Shown one piece after another: positions 13,355 through 26,284 of a DNA stretch of 64,000 bases. Position numbers and translations under genes: made by a program. This stretch comes from Mobula birostris (taxonomy: Eukaryota): NCBI RefSeq assembly GCF_030028105.1, contig NC_092372.1:102056687-102120686 (forward strand), read 5' to 3'. Position 1 is the first letter of the stretch; the number at the start of each line of letters is the position of its first letter. A model generated the notes under the pieces. The model was not told the DNA's origin and searched no databases. It worked only from the letters and a program-made list of their open reading frames with translations.

Positions 13355-14188
13355 GGTGGTGGGCAAATGAAGTTGGGTATGTGGGGAGGAGTATTAGAGG
13401 TTGGTAGGTGATAGTGGAAACAGGTAAGGGAAAAGAGTATTCCATACCGTCATGTTCCTTTCCTGCTCCCACCAGTCCACCCAAGGTCTTTCGCTTTGTT
13501 CTCCTTCCCTTCCCTTCTCCCAAGACTCGTTATCTTCCCCCTCTTGGTTCCATCTGCCTGCATACCTCTCCACTCGTGCTTCTTCTACCTTGCCTCACTT
13601 TTCTGATCCCTTCCCAGGGCCCCTGGTGAGTTGAAAAGACATGGGAACAGGACCAGATGACCAGAATGGCAAATCACTAGAATTTCAAGAAAACTAGACA
13701 AGAGGTAATTAAAGTTCTTATGTAGTAGATGAATGAACAAGTTTATATAGTGCCTATGATGTCATCAAGACGAAAGTTGCTTTTAAAATGTATTCATGTT
13801 GCTTTGTACTCACAAGTTGCAATCAATATGTTTAATGGAACATATTTTGATGTTTCCTACTTTTGGCCCAGTAATCTACACAAGTGGATGCAGATAAGGG
13901 AGGTATGCAGGCAGATGGAACTAGGTTGGGAAGGGATCAGAAAAGTGAGGCAAGGTAGAAGAAGCACGAGTGGAGAGGTATGCAGGCAGATGGAACCAAG
14001 AGGGGGAAGATAACGAGTCTTGGGAGAAGGGAAGGGAAGGAGAACAAAGCGAAAGACCTTGGGTGGACTGGTGGGAGCAGGAAAGGAACATGACGGTATG
14101 GAATACTCTTTTCCCTTACCTGTTTCCACTTTCACCTACCAACCTCTAATACTCCTCCCCACATACCCAACTTCATTTGCCCACCACC
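13355..14188. repeat. Near-perfect inverted repeat: arms 13355-13616 and 13927-14188 (262 bp), 310-bp spacer
   Basis: The arms are reverse complements with one mismatch seen (13412/14131). Mirrored ORFs 13408+/13857- and 13320-/14020+ differ at one residue over the arm. Confidence 0.95.
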
Positions 14189-15084
14189 CCATCTCCCTTC
14201 TCATCTGCTTCCATCAATCACTTACCAGACTCTGTCACGCCCTTCCCTTTCACTTCTATATATTGGCTATTTCTCCACTACACTCACAATCCTGATGAAA
14301 GGTCTTGACCTGAAACACTGACCATCCCCTTCCCTCTACAAATCTTCGGAGCTCTTCCAGCAGTTTGTCTTTTGCTTCAGAGGTGAAGTATTTGTACAGT
14401 TTTAAACCATTTCCACATACCAAGATACTTTCACAGAATCAAACACCAAACAGATAATTGATCACAACAGGGCATACGATTCTGTAAAACAAGCCATCAT
14501 CTCAAAGCATGATCACTTCAGTCACGACGATACAAGTAACCCCTTTAAATCCCCTGCAAATGGTTTAGCATTTGGTTGCCAAATTAAATTTGGTGTGAAT
14601 GTCGCTTGCAACAAAATAAAATCCTGTCCTAAAGCCTGACCTAAAAATAAAGATTCTTCAGATAATCATTCTCAGAGAGTCAGACACTTTCAGACTGGCA
14701 TTCCTACGTTCCCCATCATGGCCCAAACAGCTGAAGTCATCATACTTGACGGTAAATAATCACAGGGACTCAGGTGAAGTCTCTGGTCCAAAGTATGAAC
14801 GCCTTCCATAAAATCATAGAGTCATAAAAAAGTACAGCACAGAAACAGGCCATTCAGCCCATCTAGTCCATGCTGAACCATGTCTGCTGCCAATATCTTA
14901 TACAGCTTGAACTTAACATCCTATCAATCACTTACCAAGGAGATCGGATTGCAGGATAATTTCATGTCAAATAACAAAATTACTGCACACTCCAAGAATT
15001 GAGCCAAATGGTCCTTCGCTTCACTTTCAATTAAATTAAGTTGTTCTGTGCTGGGTAGTTTGCATTTTACTTTATTTTTGTTTT

Positions 15085-15362
15085 TTATTTTATTGAGATA
15101 CAGCACAAAATAGGACCTACCAGCCCTCTGATCCACACTGCCCAGCCATTTCCCGTAATCCCAGCCTAATCATGGGTCAATTTACAATGACCAACTAACT
15201 ACCAACCAGTACGTCTTTGGACTGTGGGAGGAAACCAGAACAACCGGAGGAAACCCAAGCGCTAAAGGGCAGAACGGACAAACTCCTGACAGGAAGCAGC
15301 AGGACTTGAACCCGGATCACCTGCACTGTAAAGCATTGTGTTAACCACTACACTGCCATGCC
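15085..15362 (-). mobile_element. tRNA-derived V-domain SINE (HE1-like), near full length
   Basis: Minus strand reads TGGCAGTGTAGTGG (A-box-like), GGTTCAAGTCC (B-box, 15302-15312), then GGGTTTCCTCCGG...TTTCCTCCCACAGTCCAAAGACGT (V-domain). Confidence 0.85.
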
Positions 15363-16678
15363 AAGAATTAGGGCTAGAAATTGCGTTAATATGTTTTGAT
15401 GGTATTAAAACAGAATTATTGCTCACACTACCGCTGTTTATAAAAGTCACATAGAGATAGAAATCTTCAGCGGCAAAGTTCACATAACTATTATTATGTT
15501 TCCCTGTGTAATGAAAAACTCAGATACAGCAGGCTGACCACTGCTGTTCGGCTGCTGAGAGAAGTTCTCACAACTTCTCTCAGGCAACTCTTAAAGAGAC
15601 AAACAACAACCAGGCTTCCAGCTGGAGGGCACTGCAGCTGTTGAACGATAGGAGGGGATTGAGGGAGTGCTCCCAGGGGATGAGGAATCTTGACAGGTTG
15701 GTGAAGAACAGTGTCCACAGGAGGCACATTCTTTATTCATAGGAATCACAAACACCCTTCATGAATACATTCTAGGGGAAATAGTTGTGTCCGCTTTTTT
15801 GCTACCGTGAACAGAATGAGACATAGATAAAATCTCCTAATCACCCCGCCTTATTTAGAGCTTGGGTGGTATTTCAAAGGCAGTAGTAAGCAATAAATTT
15901 TGAGAAGCAATGGAGACCAGTAGCAACCTGAAGCCAATGATTGAAGAGTGACCACGAATCTCACCATCATGTAAAGAAGTACTCCTGGATGATGTGTGAA
16001 ACTGCACCTGAGAGAGGTGGTGGTTACAGAACCCCATACTGTCAAGTTTTGATTTACAGCTCCTTAATGACTTTAGAGGAAGTAGTGTCAGGAAAATCAG
16101 AATGTAACAGGGAACTTCTGGTTTGCTGATCTAAGAGATTGAAAATCCTGCCACAGATGAGTTTTGCAAATTGCTCTGTTTATAGTGTCATTTTAATGGC
16201 AAACAATCATACTAAAAACATCAGGAGTCAAGTATTCCAGCAAATACCAAGATGCCTTGAAATGTACACAAAGTTACTATACTCTGTGTTCAGGTATTTT
16301 GAACTGTGTAGCACATTTGTTTTGCAGGAAAGTAATTTATAGATCTTATTATTGTCGCGTATTTAATAACATGTAACAATAGGTAAACATATCCACTTTC
16401 AGGAATAACTTTATTTAATTTATTAGTGAGTGGGAGCAGACCATAGGGCTTTGGCTTCAATGGACTTCGGCGGTAAACGGGAAGAGATGAGAGCGAAGCG
16501 TCAACTCTTTATTTTTCTCCCTGCTCCCCCCCTTTCGCAAATCGGCCCGGACAGACAGGAACAGCAGGGCTCTCACAGCTAACGGTACGAGCTAACGGTT
16601 TAAAAAGTTCGTCTGTTTGGCGAGGTAAGTGAGTGAGTAGACTTATTTTTCCTGTTCATTCCTGTAGAATTAGATAGC

Positions 16679-17608
16679 ATGCCTGCAGGGGTAGTGCTTT
16701 TTTCGGGGTGTCAGATGTGGGAATCCTGGCAGACCTCCAGCCTCCCTGATGGCCACATCTGCGCCAGGTGCACCGAGATGCAGCTCCTCAGAGACCGTGT
16801 TAGGGATCTGAAGCTGCAGCTTGATGACCTACTGCTTATTAGGGGAAGTGAAGAGGTGATAGACAGGAGCTACAGGGAGGTAGTCATCCCTAGGCTACAG
16901 GGGTCAGAAAACTGGGTGACTGTCAGGAGAGGGAAGGTAAATGCCCAGATAGTGGAGAGCACATCTGTGGCTGTCCTCCTCAGCAACAAATATCTTGTTC
17001 TGGATGCTGCTGAGGGGGATGACCTGACAGGGGACGCCCACGGTGACTGGGTCTCTGTCACTGAGCCTGGCGCTGTTGTGCAGGAGAGAAGGAGGGAGAA
17101 GAGAAATGCGGTAGTTGTAGGGGATTCCATAGTCAGGGGAACAGACAGGAAATTCTGTGAGCCTGATAGAGATACCCGCATGGTGTGTTGCCTCCCAGGT
17201 GCCAGGGTATGGGATGTCTCGGATCGGGTCCTGAATATTCTAAAGGGGGAGGGTGAGCACCCAGTTGTCTTGGTACATGTTGGTACCAATGACATAGATA
17301 GGACAAAGGAGGAGGTCCTGAAGAGAGATTTCCAGGACTTAGGAAGGAAGCTGAGAAGCGGGACCTCCAGGGTAGTAATCTCGGGATTGCTACCTGTGCC
17401 ACGTGCTAGCAAGGGGAAGAATAGTAGGATCAGACAGATGAATGCGTGGCTGAGAGACTGGTGTAGGGGGCAGGGCTTCAGATTCTCGGATAATTGGGAT
17501 CTCTTCTGGGGGAAGAATGACCTGTTCAAAAAGGACAGGTTACACCTGAACCCGAAGGGGACCAATATCCTGGAGGGAAGTTTAATAGAGGTGTTAGGGA
17601 GGGTTTAA
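16679..17608 (+). CDS. CR1 ORF1p: N-terminal Cys/coiled-coil region plus SGNH esterase-like domain (309 aa, open)
   Basis: Motifs VVGDSIVR, CLPGARV, HVGTND and DRLHLN are the SGNH blocks typical of CR1 ORF1. Confidence 0.85.
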   Translation: MPAGVVLFSGCQMWESWQTSSLPDGHICARCTEMQLLRDRVRDLKLQLDDLLLIRGSEEVIDRSYREVVIPRLQGSENWVTVRRGKVNAQIVESTSVAVLLSNKYLVLDAAEGDDLTGDAHGDWVSVTEPGAVVQERRREKRNAVVVGDSIVRGTDRKFCEPDRDTRMVCCLPGARVWDVSDRVLNILKGEGEHPVVLVHVGTNDIDRTKEEVLKRDFQDLGRKLRSGTSRVVISGLLPVPRASKGKNSRIRQMNAWLRDWCRGQGFRFSDNWDLFWGKNDLFKKDRLHLNPKGTNILEGSLIEVLGRV

Positions 17609-17789
17609 TCTAATTTGGCAGGGAGATGGGAACCGGAATGACAGAGCAGAGGAAGGGGAAAACAGAAATAAATCTAAGATAGTGAGCAGTAAAGATGTCA
17701 GGAAAGACCGCAGGTGATGGGGCAAATTTGTAGCCATTGGGATGAGCTGCAGTGCAATAAAGTTGCAGTGAAATCAAAGTGAAAAGTAT

Positions 17790-20578
17790 CAAATACTGGT
17801 CTTAAGGTGTTGCACGCAGCATAAGGAATAAGGTGGATGATCTTGTCATGCAGCTACAGATTGGCAGGTATGATATTGTGGCCATCACTGTGACCTGGCT
17901 AAAGGATGCATGTCTCTGGGAGCTGAATGTCCAAGGAAACACGGTGTATCGGAAGGATAGGAAGGTAGGCAGAGGGGGAGGCGTGGCTTTATTGGTGAGA
18001 AATGATATTAAATCATTAGAAAGAGGTGTTATAGGATCGGAAGGTGCAGAATCTTTATGGGTTGAGCTAAGAAATAGCAGGGGTAAAAGGACCCTGATGG
18101 CAGTTATTTATAGGCCTCCAAACAGCTGCAGGGATGTGGACTACAAATTACAACTGGAAATAGAAAAGGCTTGTCAGAAGGGTAATGTTATGATAATTGT
18201 GGGGGATTTTGACATGTCAGTGGATTGGGAAAATCAGGTCGGCACTGGATCTCAAGAGAGAGAATTTGTAGAACGTCTGCGAGATGGCTTTTTAGAACAG
18301 CTTGTTGTTGAGACCACTAGGGGATCGGCTATACTGGATTGGGTACTGTGTAATGAACCGGAGGTGGTTAGAGAGATTGAGGTGAAGGAACCCTGAGGAG
18401 GCAGTGATCATAACATGATTGAGTTCACTGTGAAATTTGAAAAAGAGAAGCCAAAATCTGATGTGTCAGTATTTCAGTGGAGTAAAGGAAATTACAGTGG
18501 CATGAGAGAGGAACTGGCCAAAGTTGATTGGAAAGGGACACTGGCGGGAAAGACAGCAGAGCAGCAGTGGCTGGAGTTTATGCGAGAAATGAGGAAGGTG
18601 CAAGACAGGTATATTCCAAAAAAGAAGAAATTTTCGAGTGGAAAAAGGATGCAACCGTGGTTGACAAGAGAAGTCAAAGCCAAAGTTAAAGCAAAGAAGA
18701 GGGCATACAAGGATGCAAAAATTAGTGGGAAGACCGAGGATTGGGAAGTTTTTAAAACCTTACAAAAGGAAACCAAGAAGATCATTACGAGGGAAAAGAT
18801 TAACTATGAAAGGAAACTCGCAAATAATATCAAAGAGGATACTAAAAGCTTTTTCAAGTATATAAAGAGTAAAAGACAGGTGAGAATAGATATAAGACCA
18901 ATAGAAAATGATGCTGGAGAAATTGTAATGGGAGATAAGGAGATGGCAGAGGAACTGAACAAGTATTTTGCATCAGTCTTCACTGAGGAAGACATCTGCA
19001 GTGTACCGGATACTCAAGGGTGGCAGGGAAGAGAAGTGTGCGCAGTCACAATTACGACAGAGAAAGTACTCAGGAAGCTGAATATTCTAAAGGTCGATAA
19101 ATCTCCTGGACCAGATGGAATGCTCCCTCGTGTTCTGAAGGAAGTAGCTGTGGAGATTGCGGAGGCATTAGCGATGATCTTTCAAAAGTCGATAGATTCT
19201 GGCATGGTTCCGGAGGACTGTAAGATTGCAAATGTCACTCCACTATTTAAGAAGGGGGCAAGGAAGCTAAAAGGAAATTATAGACCTGTTAGCTTGACAT
19301 CGGTGGTTGGGAAGTTGTTGGAGTCGATTGTCAAGGATTGTCTGGAGGCATATGACAAGATAGGCAGAACTCAGCATGGATTCCTTAAAGGAAAATCCTG
19401 CCTGACAAACCTATTACAATTTTTTGAGGAAATTACCAGTAGGCTAGACAACGGTAATGCAGCGAATGTTGTATATTTGGATTTTCAGAAGGCTTTTGAC
19501 AAGGTGCCACACATGAGGCTACTTAACAAGATAAGAGCCCATGGAATTACGGGAAAGTTACATACGTGGATAGAGCGTTGGCTGATTGGCAGGAAACAGA
19601 GAGTGGGAATAAAGGGATCCTATTCTGGTTGGCTACCGGTTACCAGTGGTGTTTCACAGGGGTCCGTGTTGGGGCCGCTTCTTTTTACATTGTACATCAA
19701 CGATTTGGATTATGGAATTGATGGCTTTGTGGCTAAGTTTGCTGACAATACGAAGATAGGTGGAGGGGCCGGTAGTGCTGAGGAAACAGAGAGTCTGCAG
19801 AGAGACTTGGATAGATTGGAAGAATGGGCAGAGAAGTGGCAAATGAAGTACAATGTTGGAAAGTGTATGGTTATGCACTTTGGCAGAAAAAATAAACGGG
19901 CAGACTATTATTTAAATGGGGAAAGAATTCAAAGTTCTGAGATGCAACGGGACTTGGGAGTCCTCATACAGGATACCCTTAAAGTTAACCTCCAGGTTGA
20001 GTCAGTAGTGAAGAAGGCGAATGCAATGTTGAAATTCATTTCTAGAAGGAATACAGTATAGAAGCAGGTATGTGATGTTGAGGCTCTATAAGGCACTGGT
20101 GAGACCTCACTTGGAGTACTGTGGGCAATTCTGGTCTCCTTATTTAAGAAAGGATGTGCTGACGTTGGAGAGGGTACGGAGAAGTTTCACTAGAATGATT
20201 CCAGGAATGAGAGGGTTAACATATGTGGAACGTTTGTCCACTCTTGGACTGTATTTCTTGGAGTTTAGAAGAATGAGGGGAGACCTCATAGAAACATTTC
20301 GAATGTTGAAAGGCATGGACAGAGTGGATGTGGCAAAGTTGTTTCCCATGATGGGGGAGTCTAGTACGAGAGGCCATGACTTAAGGATTGAAGGGTGCCC
20401 ATTCAGAACAGAAATGCGAAGAAATTATTTTAGTCAGAGGGTGGTGAATCTATGGAATTTGTTGCCACGGGCAGCAGTGGAGGCCAAGTCATTGGGTGTA
20501 TTTAAGGCAGAGATTGATAGGTATCTGAGTAGCCAGGTCATCAAAGGTTATGGTGAGAAGGCGGGGGAGTGGGACTAG
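17790..20578 (+). pseudogene. CR1 ORF2p (APE endonuclease + reverse transcriptase), interrupted
   Basis: ORF pieces 17833-18396, 18415-20061 and 20072-20578 are collinear parts of one CR1 ORF2. Confidence 0.9.
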
Positions 20579-20675
20579 ATGGGAGAACGGATCAGCTCAT
20601 GATAAAGTGGCGGAGCAGACTCGATGGGCCGAATAGCCGACTTCTCCTCCTCTGTCTTATGGTCTTATGGTCTTA

Positions 20676-20878
20676 ATTTGATTTATTGAGATACAGCATG
20701 GAATAGGCTCTTCCGGATCTTTGAGCTGCACCGATCAGCAATCCTTAATTTGATCCTAGCCTAATCACAGGACAATTTACAAGGACCAATTAACCTACCA
20801 ACTGGTACGTCTTTGGACTGTGGGATGAAACTGGAGCACCTGGAGGAAACACACGTGGTCACGAGGAGAATGTACACA
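20676..20878 (-). mobile_element. V-domain SINE, 5'-truncated
   Basis: Same ggtacgtctttggactgtggg...gaaactggagcacc core and ttattgagatacag tail as the 15085 copy. Confidence 0.75.
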
Positions 20879-23800
20879 TAGACCACTCTCATCTTTTACT
20901 TATCTGCGATGATTTTTTTTTTAAACTTACCACACCATAGATCAATTAATTTCCAGCATCATTCTCATACAAAATTCATAGACTTCCAGCCTTAAGTTTA
21001 GCCTATAGACTTATCCATCATCTCTGGTCAGTAACACAAATTTGAACCATTTAGATGTACACCATGTGTCTTTTCAAAAATTTCTCAAACAAATTTGCAA
21101 TAAAATAATTGAGTATAAATGAGAACCATCATCAGTGGCACCACATGGGGAATACTAGAAGCAGATTTCTTGATTGCAGAGAAACTGCAGACAACACGAG
21201 TGAACCTGAGCCCCACAACTTTAAACTCCCATACTGACCTATAAGTTCCAAAAAACCCTTATCTTCTGCTGGGGATATTACACACTTCTGGCCTCAATAT
21301 CCAATTCTCCAACATTCAATAGCTCAACTTTTCTTTCTATCTGCATCAGAACTAACCATTTCTTCATGTTTTAATTTTGGCTCAATTTTTCTTTCTCTAC
21401 TGTATAGCCTACTTGACTGGGTATGTCCTAGAGCTCGTTATTAATAATGCATTACACAGACGATAAAGAATTATCCTGCTTTTAACTATTCTGCTATGTT
21501 GCATCAGAGATATTCTCTTAGATCGATCTGTTCCTGTGGCACTGCAAACTTACCCTTTTTCTCTCTTTCCAGATCTGATGAATGATCGTGGACCTGAAAT
21601 GTTAACTGCTTTTATTTCCTCAATCGCTGCCTATCCTGCTGTGCATTTCCGGGATTTTCTGGGTTTTTATTTCCAGTATATGCAGCTTTTTGCTATTACA
21701 AGCATGAGCATGTTTAAGTCCCAATATGGGCTCTATAAGGTAGCATATTGCTGGTTAACTAGTTTGATTTGTAGATAATGGTTTCACTAAACTGGCTTCC
21801 TGGGTTCTCAAGAATAACATGGATTTGGTTTATACAAGTATCTTTACAAGTGAATTCAGCAGCCTGAGAAGGAAGTTGATTGGTTGGATAGCATGGGTAA
21901 CATGTACCAAGGTTTCAATACTTACAGCAGTCCTTCTTCCCACTAATCAATAACTGAATTGATTTTATCCAAATAACTTGCATTGCAACAGCCACAGAAA
22001 TGCGGCCATAAAAGAGGAGAAACGACAATAAAAAAAACATTTCTGGATAATTTTCAAATGTTCTTTGTAGTTTCATGATTTTTACAGAACCATAGAACAT
22101 TACAGCACAGAAACAGGCCTTTTGGCCCTTCTTGGCTGTGCCAAACCATTTTTCTGCCTAATCCCACTGACCTGCACCTGGACCATATCCCTCCATACAC
22201 CTCTCATCCATGTATCTGTCCAAGTTTTTCTTAAAAGTTAAAAGTGAGCCGCATTTACAACTTCATCTGGCAGCTCATTCCACACTCCCACCACTCTCTG
22301 TGTGAAGAAGCCCCCCCAATGTTCCCTTTAAACTTATCCCCCTTCACCCTTAACCCATGTCCTCTGGTTTTTTTCTCCCCTTGCCTCAGTGGAAAAAGCC
22401 TGCTTGCCTTCACTCTATCTATACTCATCATAATTTTATATACCTCTATCAAATCTCCCTCATTCTTCTGCGCTCCAGGAAATAAAGTCCTAACCTATTC
22501 AACCTTTCTCTGTAACTCAATTTCTCAAGTCCCAGCAACATCCTTGTAAACCTTCTCTGCAGTCTTTCAACCTTATTTATATCCTTCCTGTAACTTGGTG
22601 ACCAAAACTGCACACAATATTCCAAATTCGGCCTTACCAATGCCTTATACGATAACATAGCATTCCAACTCTTATACTCAATACTTTGATTTATAAAGGC
22701 CAGTGTACCAAAAGCTCTCTTTACGACCCTATCTACCTGTGACGCCACTTTTAGGGAATTTTGTATCTGTATTCGCAGATCCCTCTGTTCCACTGCACTC
22801 CTCAGTACCTTACCATTTACCCTGTATGTTCTACCTTGGTTTGTCCTTCCAAAGTGCAATACCTCACACTTGTTTGTATTAAACTCCACCTACCATTTTT
22901 CAGCCCATTTTTCCAGCTGGTCCAAATCCCTCTGCAAGCTTTGAAAACTTTCCTCACTGTCCACTACACCTCCAATCATCAGCAAATTTGCTGATCCAAG
23001 TTACCACATTATCATCCAGATCATTGATACAGATGGCAAATAACAATGGACCCAGCACTGATCCCTGTGGCACACCACTAGTCACAGGCCTCAACTCAGA
23101 GAAGCAATCCTCCACTACCATTCTCTGGCTTCTTCCAGTGAGCCAATGTCTAATCCAATTTACTACCTCTCCATGTATACCTAGCGACTGAATCTTCCTA
23201 ACTAACCTCCCATGCGGGACCTTGTCATAGGCCTTACTGAAGTCCATGTAGGCAACATCCACTGCCTTCCCTTCATCCGCTTTCCTGGTAACCTCCTCAA
23301 AAAACACGAATAGATTGGTTAAACATGACCTACCATGCACAAAGCCATGTTGACTCTCCCTAATAAGTCTGGGTCTATCCAAATACTTGTAGATCCTATC
23401 TCTTAGTACTCCTTCCAATAATTTACCTACTACCAACGTCAAATTTACCGGCCTATAATTTCCCGGACTACTTTTAGAGCCTTTTTTAAACAATGGAACA
23501 ATATGAGCTATCCTCCAATCTTCCAGCACCTCACTCGTAGATACCGACATTTTAAATATATCTGCCAGGGCTCCAGCAATTTCAACAATAGTCTCCTTCA
23601 AGGTCCGAGGGAATACCCTGTCAGGTCCTGGGGATTTATCTACTCTGATTTGCCTCAAGATAGCAAGCACCTCCTCCTCTTCAATCCATATAGGTTCCAT
23701 GACCTCACTACTTGTTTGCCTTATTTCCAGACTCCATGCCAGTTTCCATAGTAAATACAGACGCAAAAAAACCATTTAAGACTCCCCCATTTCTTTTGGT

Positions 23801-24083
23801 TCCATACATAGCCGACCACTTTGATCTTCAAGAGGACCGATTTTATCTCTTATTATCCTTTTGCTCTTAATATACCTGTAGAAGCTCTTTGGATTACCCT
23901 TGACCTTGACTGCCAAAGCAACCTCATGTCTTCTTTTAGCCTTCCTGATTTCTTTATTAAGTATTTTTTTGCACTTTTTATACTCCTCAAGCACCTTAAT
24001 TGCTCCCTGTTTCCTATACATGTCATACATCTCTCTCTTCTTCCTTATCAGAGTTTCAATATCCCCTGAGAACCAAGGTTCCT

Positions 24084-26284
24084 CAATCTCCTCTACCTTG
24101 CTGAGGCACAGTGACAACTCGCGGATACCTCCTCTTATTTACTCCTCGATTGTGACGCCACTAAGAAGCACCAGGCCATTGTCTCCCACACCATCACGGG
24201 CTTTATCCACTCAGGGGATCTCCCATCCACTGCTACCAACCTTATAGTTCCCACACCTCGCACTTCCCGTTTCTACCTCCTACCCAAGATCGACAAACCT
24301 GCCTGTCCTGGCAGACCTTTTGTCTCAGCTTGCTCCTGCCCCACCAAACTCGTTTCTGCATACCTCGACACGGTTTTATCCCCCCTTGTTCAATCCCTTC
24401 CTACCTATGTTCGTGACACTTGCTACGCTCTTAAACTTTTCGATGATTTCAAGTTTCCTGGCCCCCACCACTTTATTTTCACCATGGATGTCCAGTCCCT
24501 ATATTCTCCCATCCTCCATCAGGAAGGTCTCAAAGCTCTCTGCTTCCTTTTGGATTCCAGACTTAATCAGTTCCCCTCTACCACCACTCTGCTCCGTCTA
24601 GCGGAATTAGTCCTTACTCTTAATAATTTCTCCTTTGGCTCCTCCCACTTCCTCCAAACTAAAGGTGTAGCTATAGGCACCCGTATGGGTCCTAGCTATG
24701 CCTGCCTTTTTGTTGGCTTTGTGGAACAATCTATGTTCAGAACCTATTCTGGTATCTGTCCCCCACTTTTGCTTCGCTACATCAACGACTGCATTGGTGC
24801 TGCTTCCTGCACGCATGCTGAGATCGTTGACTTTATTAACTTTGCCCCCAACTTTCACCCTGCCCTCAAGTTTACCTGGTCCATTTCCGACACATCCTTC
24901 CCCTTTCTAGATCTTTCTGTCTCTATCTCTGGAGACAACTTATCTACTGATGTCTACTATAAGCCTACTGACTCTCACAGATATCTGGGCTATTCCTCTT
25001 CTCACCCTGTCTCTTGCAAAAACGCCATCCCCTTCTCGCAATTCCTCCGTCTCCGCCGTATCTGCTCTCAGGATGAGGCTTTTCATTCCAGGACGAGGGA
25101 GATGTCCTCCTTTTTTAAAGAAAGGGGTTTCCCTTCCTCCACCATCAACTCTGCTCTCAAATGTATCTCCCCCATTTCACGCACATCTGCTCTCACTCCA
25201 TCCTCCCGCCATCCCACTAGGAATAGGGTTCCCCTGGTCCTCACCTACCACCCCACCAGCCTCCGGGTCCAACATATTATTCTCCGTAACTTCCGCCACC
25301 TCCAACGGGATCCCACCAGTAAGCACATCTTTCCCTCCCCCCTCTCTCTGCTTTCCGCAGGGATCGCTCCCTACTCGACTCCCTTGTCCATTCGTCCCCC
25401 CCATCCCTCCCCACTGATCTCCCTCCTGGCACTTATCCTTGTAAGCGGAACAAGTGCTACACATGCCCTTACACTTCCTCCCTTACCACCATTCAGGGCC
25501 CCAGACAGTCCTTCCAGGTGAGGCGACACTTCACCTGTGAGTCAGCTGGGGTGATATACTGCGTCCAGTGCTCCCGATGTGGCCTTCTATATATTGGCAA
25601 GACCCGACGCAGACTGGGAGATCGTTTTGCTGAACACCTACGCTCTGTCCACCAGAAAAAGCAGGATCTCCCAGTGGCCACACATTTTAATTCCACATCC
25701 CATCCCATTCTGATATGTCTATCCACGGCCTCCTCTACTGTAAAGATGAAGCCATACTCAGGTTGGAGAAACAACACCTTATATTCCGTCTGGGTAGCCT
25801 CCAACCTGATGGCATGAACATTGACTTCTCTAACTTCCGCTAATGCCCCACTTCCCCCTCGTACCCCATCCGTTATTTATTTATATACACACATTCTTTC
25901 TCTCACTCTCCTTTTTCTCCCTCTGTCCCTCTGACTATACCCATTGCCCATCCTCTGGTTTTTTCCCCCCTCCCCATTTTCCTTCTCCCTGGGCCTCCTG
26001 TCCCATGATCCTCTCATATTCCTTTTGCCAATCACCTGTCCAGCTCTTGGCTCCATCCCCACCCCCCCCACGCTATCTTCTCCTATCATTTTAGATCTCC
26101 CCCTCCCCTCCTACTTTCAAAACTCTTACTAGCTCTTCCTTCAGTTAGTCCTGACGAAGGGTCTCGGCCTGAAATGTCGACTGTACCTCTTCCTAGAGAT
26201 GCTGCCTGGCCTGCTGCATTCACCAGCAACTTTGATGTGTGTTGCTTGAATTTCCAGCATCTGCAGAATTCCTGTTGTTTGCGT
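24084..26284 (+). mobile_element. Penelope-like retroelement (RT + GIY-YIG endonuclease + pLTR tail), 5'-truncated
   Basis: RT motifs FYLLPKIDKPACPGRP, MDVQSLY, GVAIGTRMGPSYA and RYINDC. GIY-YIG domain GVIYCVQCSRCGLLYIGKTRRRLGDRFAEH...VATHF. The tail carries a hammerhead motif. Frameshifts are present. Confidence 0.92.
26147..26182 (+). ncRNA. Minimal hammerhead ribozyme motif of Penelope-like pLTR (core intact)
   Basis: Reads AGTC-CTGACGA-A-GGGT(CTCG)GCCT-GAAAT-GTC-GACT: stem I AGTC/GACT, CUGANGA box, stem II, GAAA box, GUC site, loopless stem III. Confidence 0.7.

Larger units (their letters stand above)
16425..20674 (+). mobile_element. Near-full-length CR1 LINE (antisense to FRAS1), ORF2 disabled
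   Basis: Has a 5'UTR, ORF1 and ORF2 with APE (IYRPP, VGDF, LDWVL, SDHN) and RT (NYRPVSLTS, QHGF, YLDFQKAFDKVPH, QGSVLGP). The tail is (CTTATGGT)2. Lesions: stop at 18394-18396, frameshift near 20050, FADD->FADN. Confidence 0.95.

Noticed and set aside
13320-14295. Duplicated small ORFs on opposite strands as a gene pair
   Set aside because: They result from the inverted duplication of non-coding, repeat-derived sequence.
15290-15362. tRNA gene
   Set aside because: The A/B boxes belong to a SINE head followed by the V-domain, and there is no complete cloverleaf.
16625-16667. Apparent GT-AG intron in the CR1 5'UTR
   Set aside because: At 43 nt it is below the usual minimum size for vertebrate spliceosomal introns.
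16870-17565. 231-aa minus-strand ORF
   Set aside because: It is the antisense shadow of CR1 ORF1 and has no recognisable motifs.
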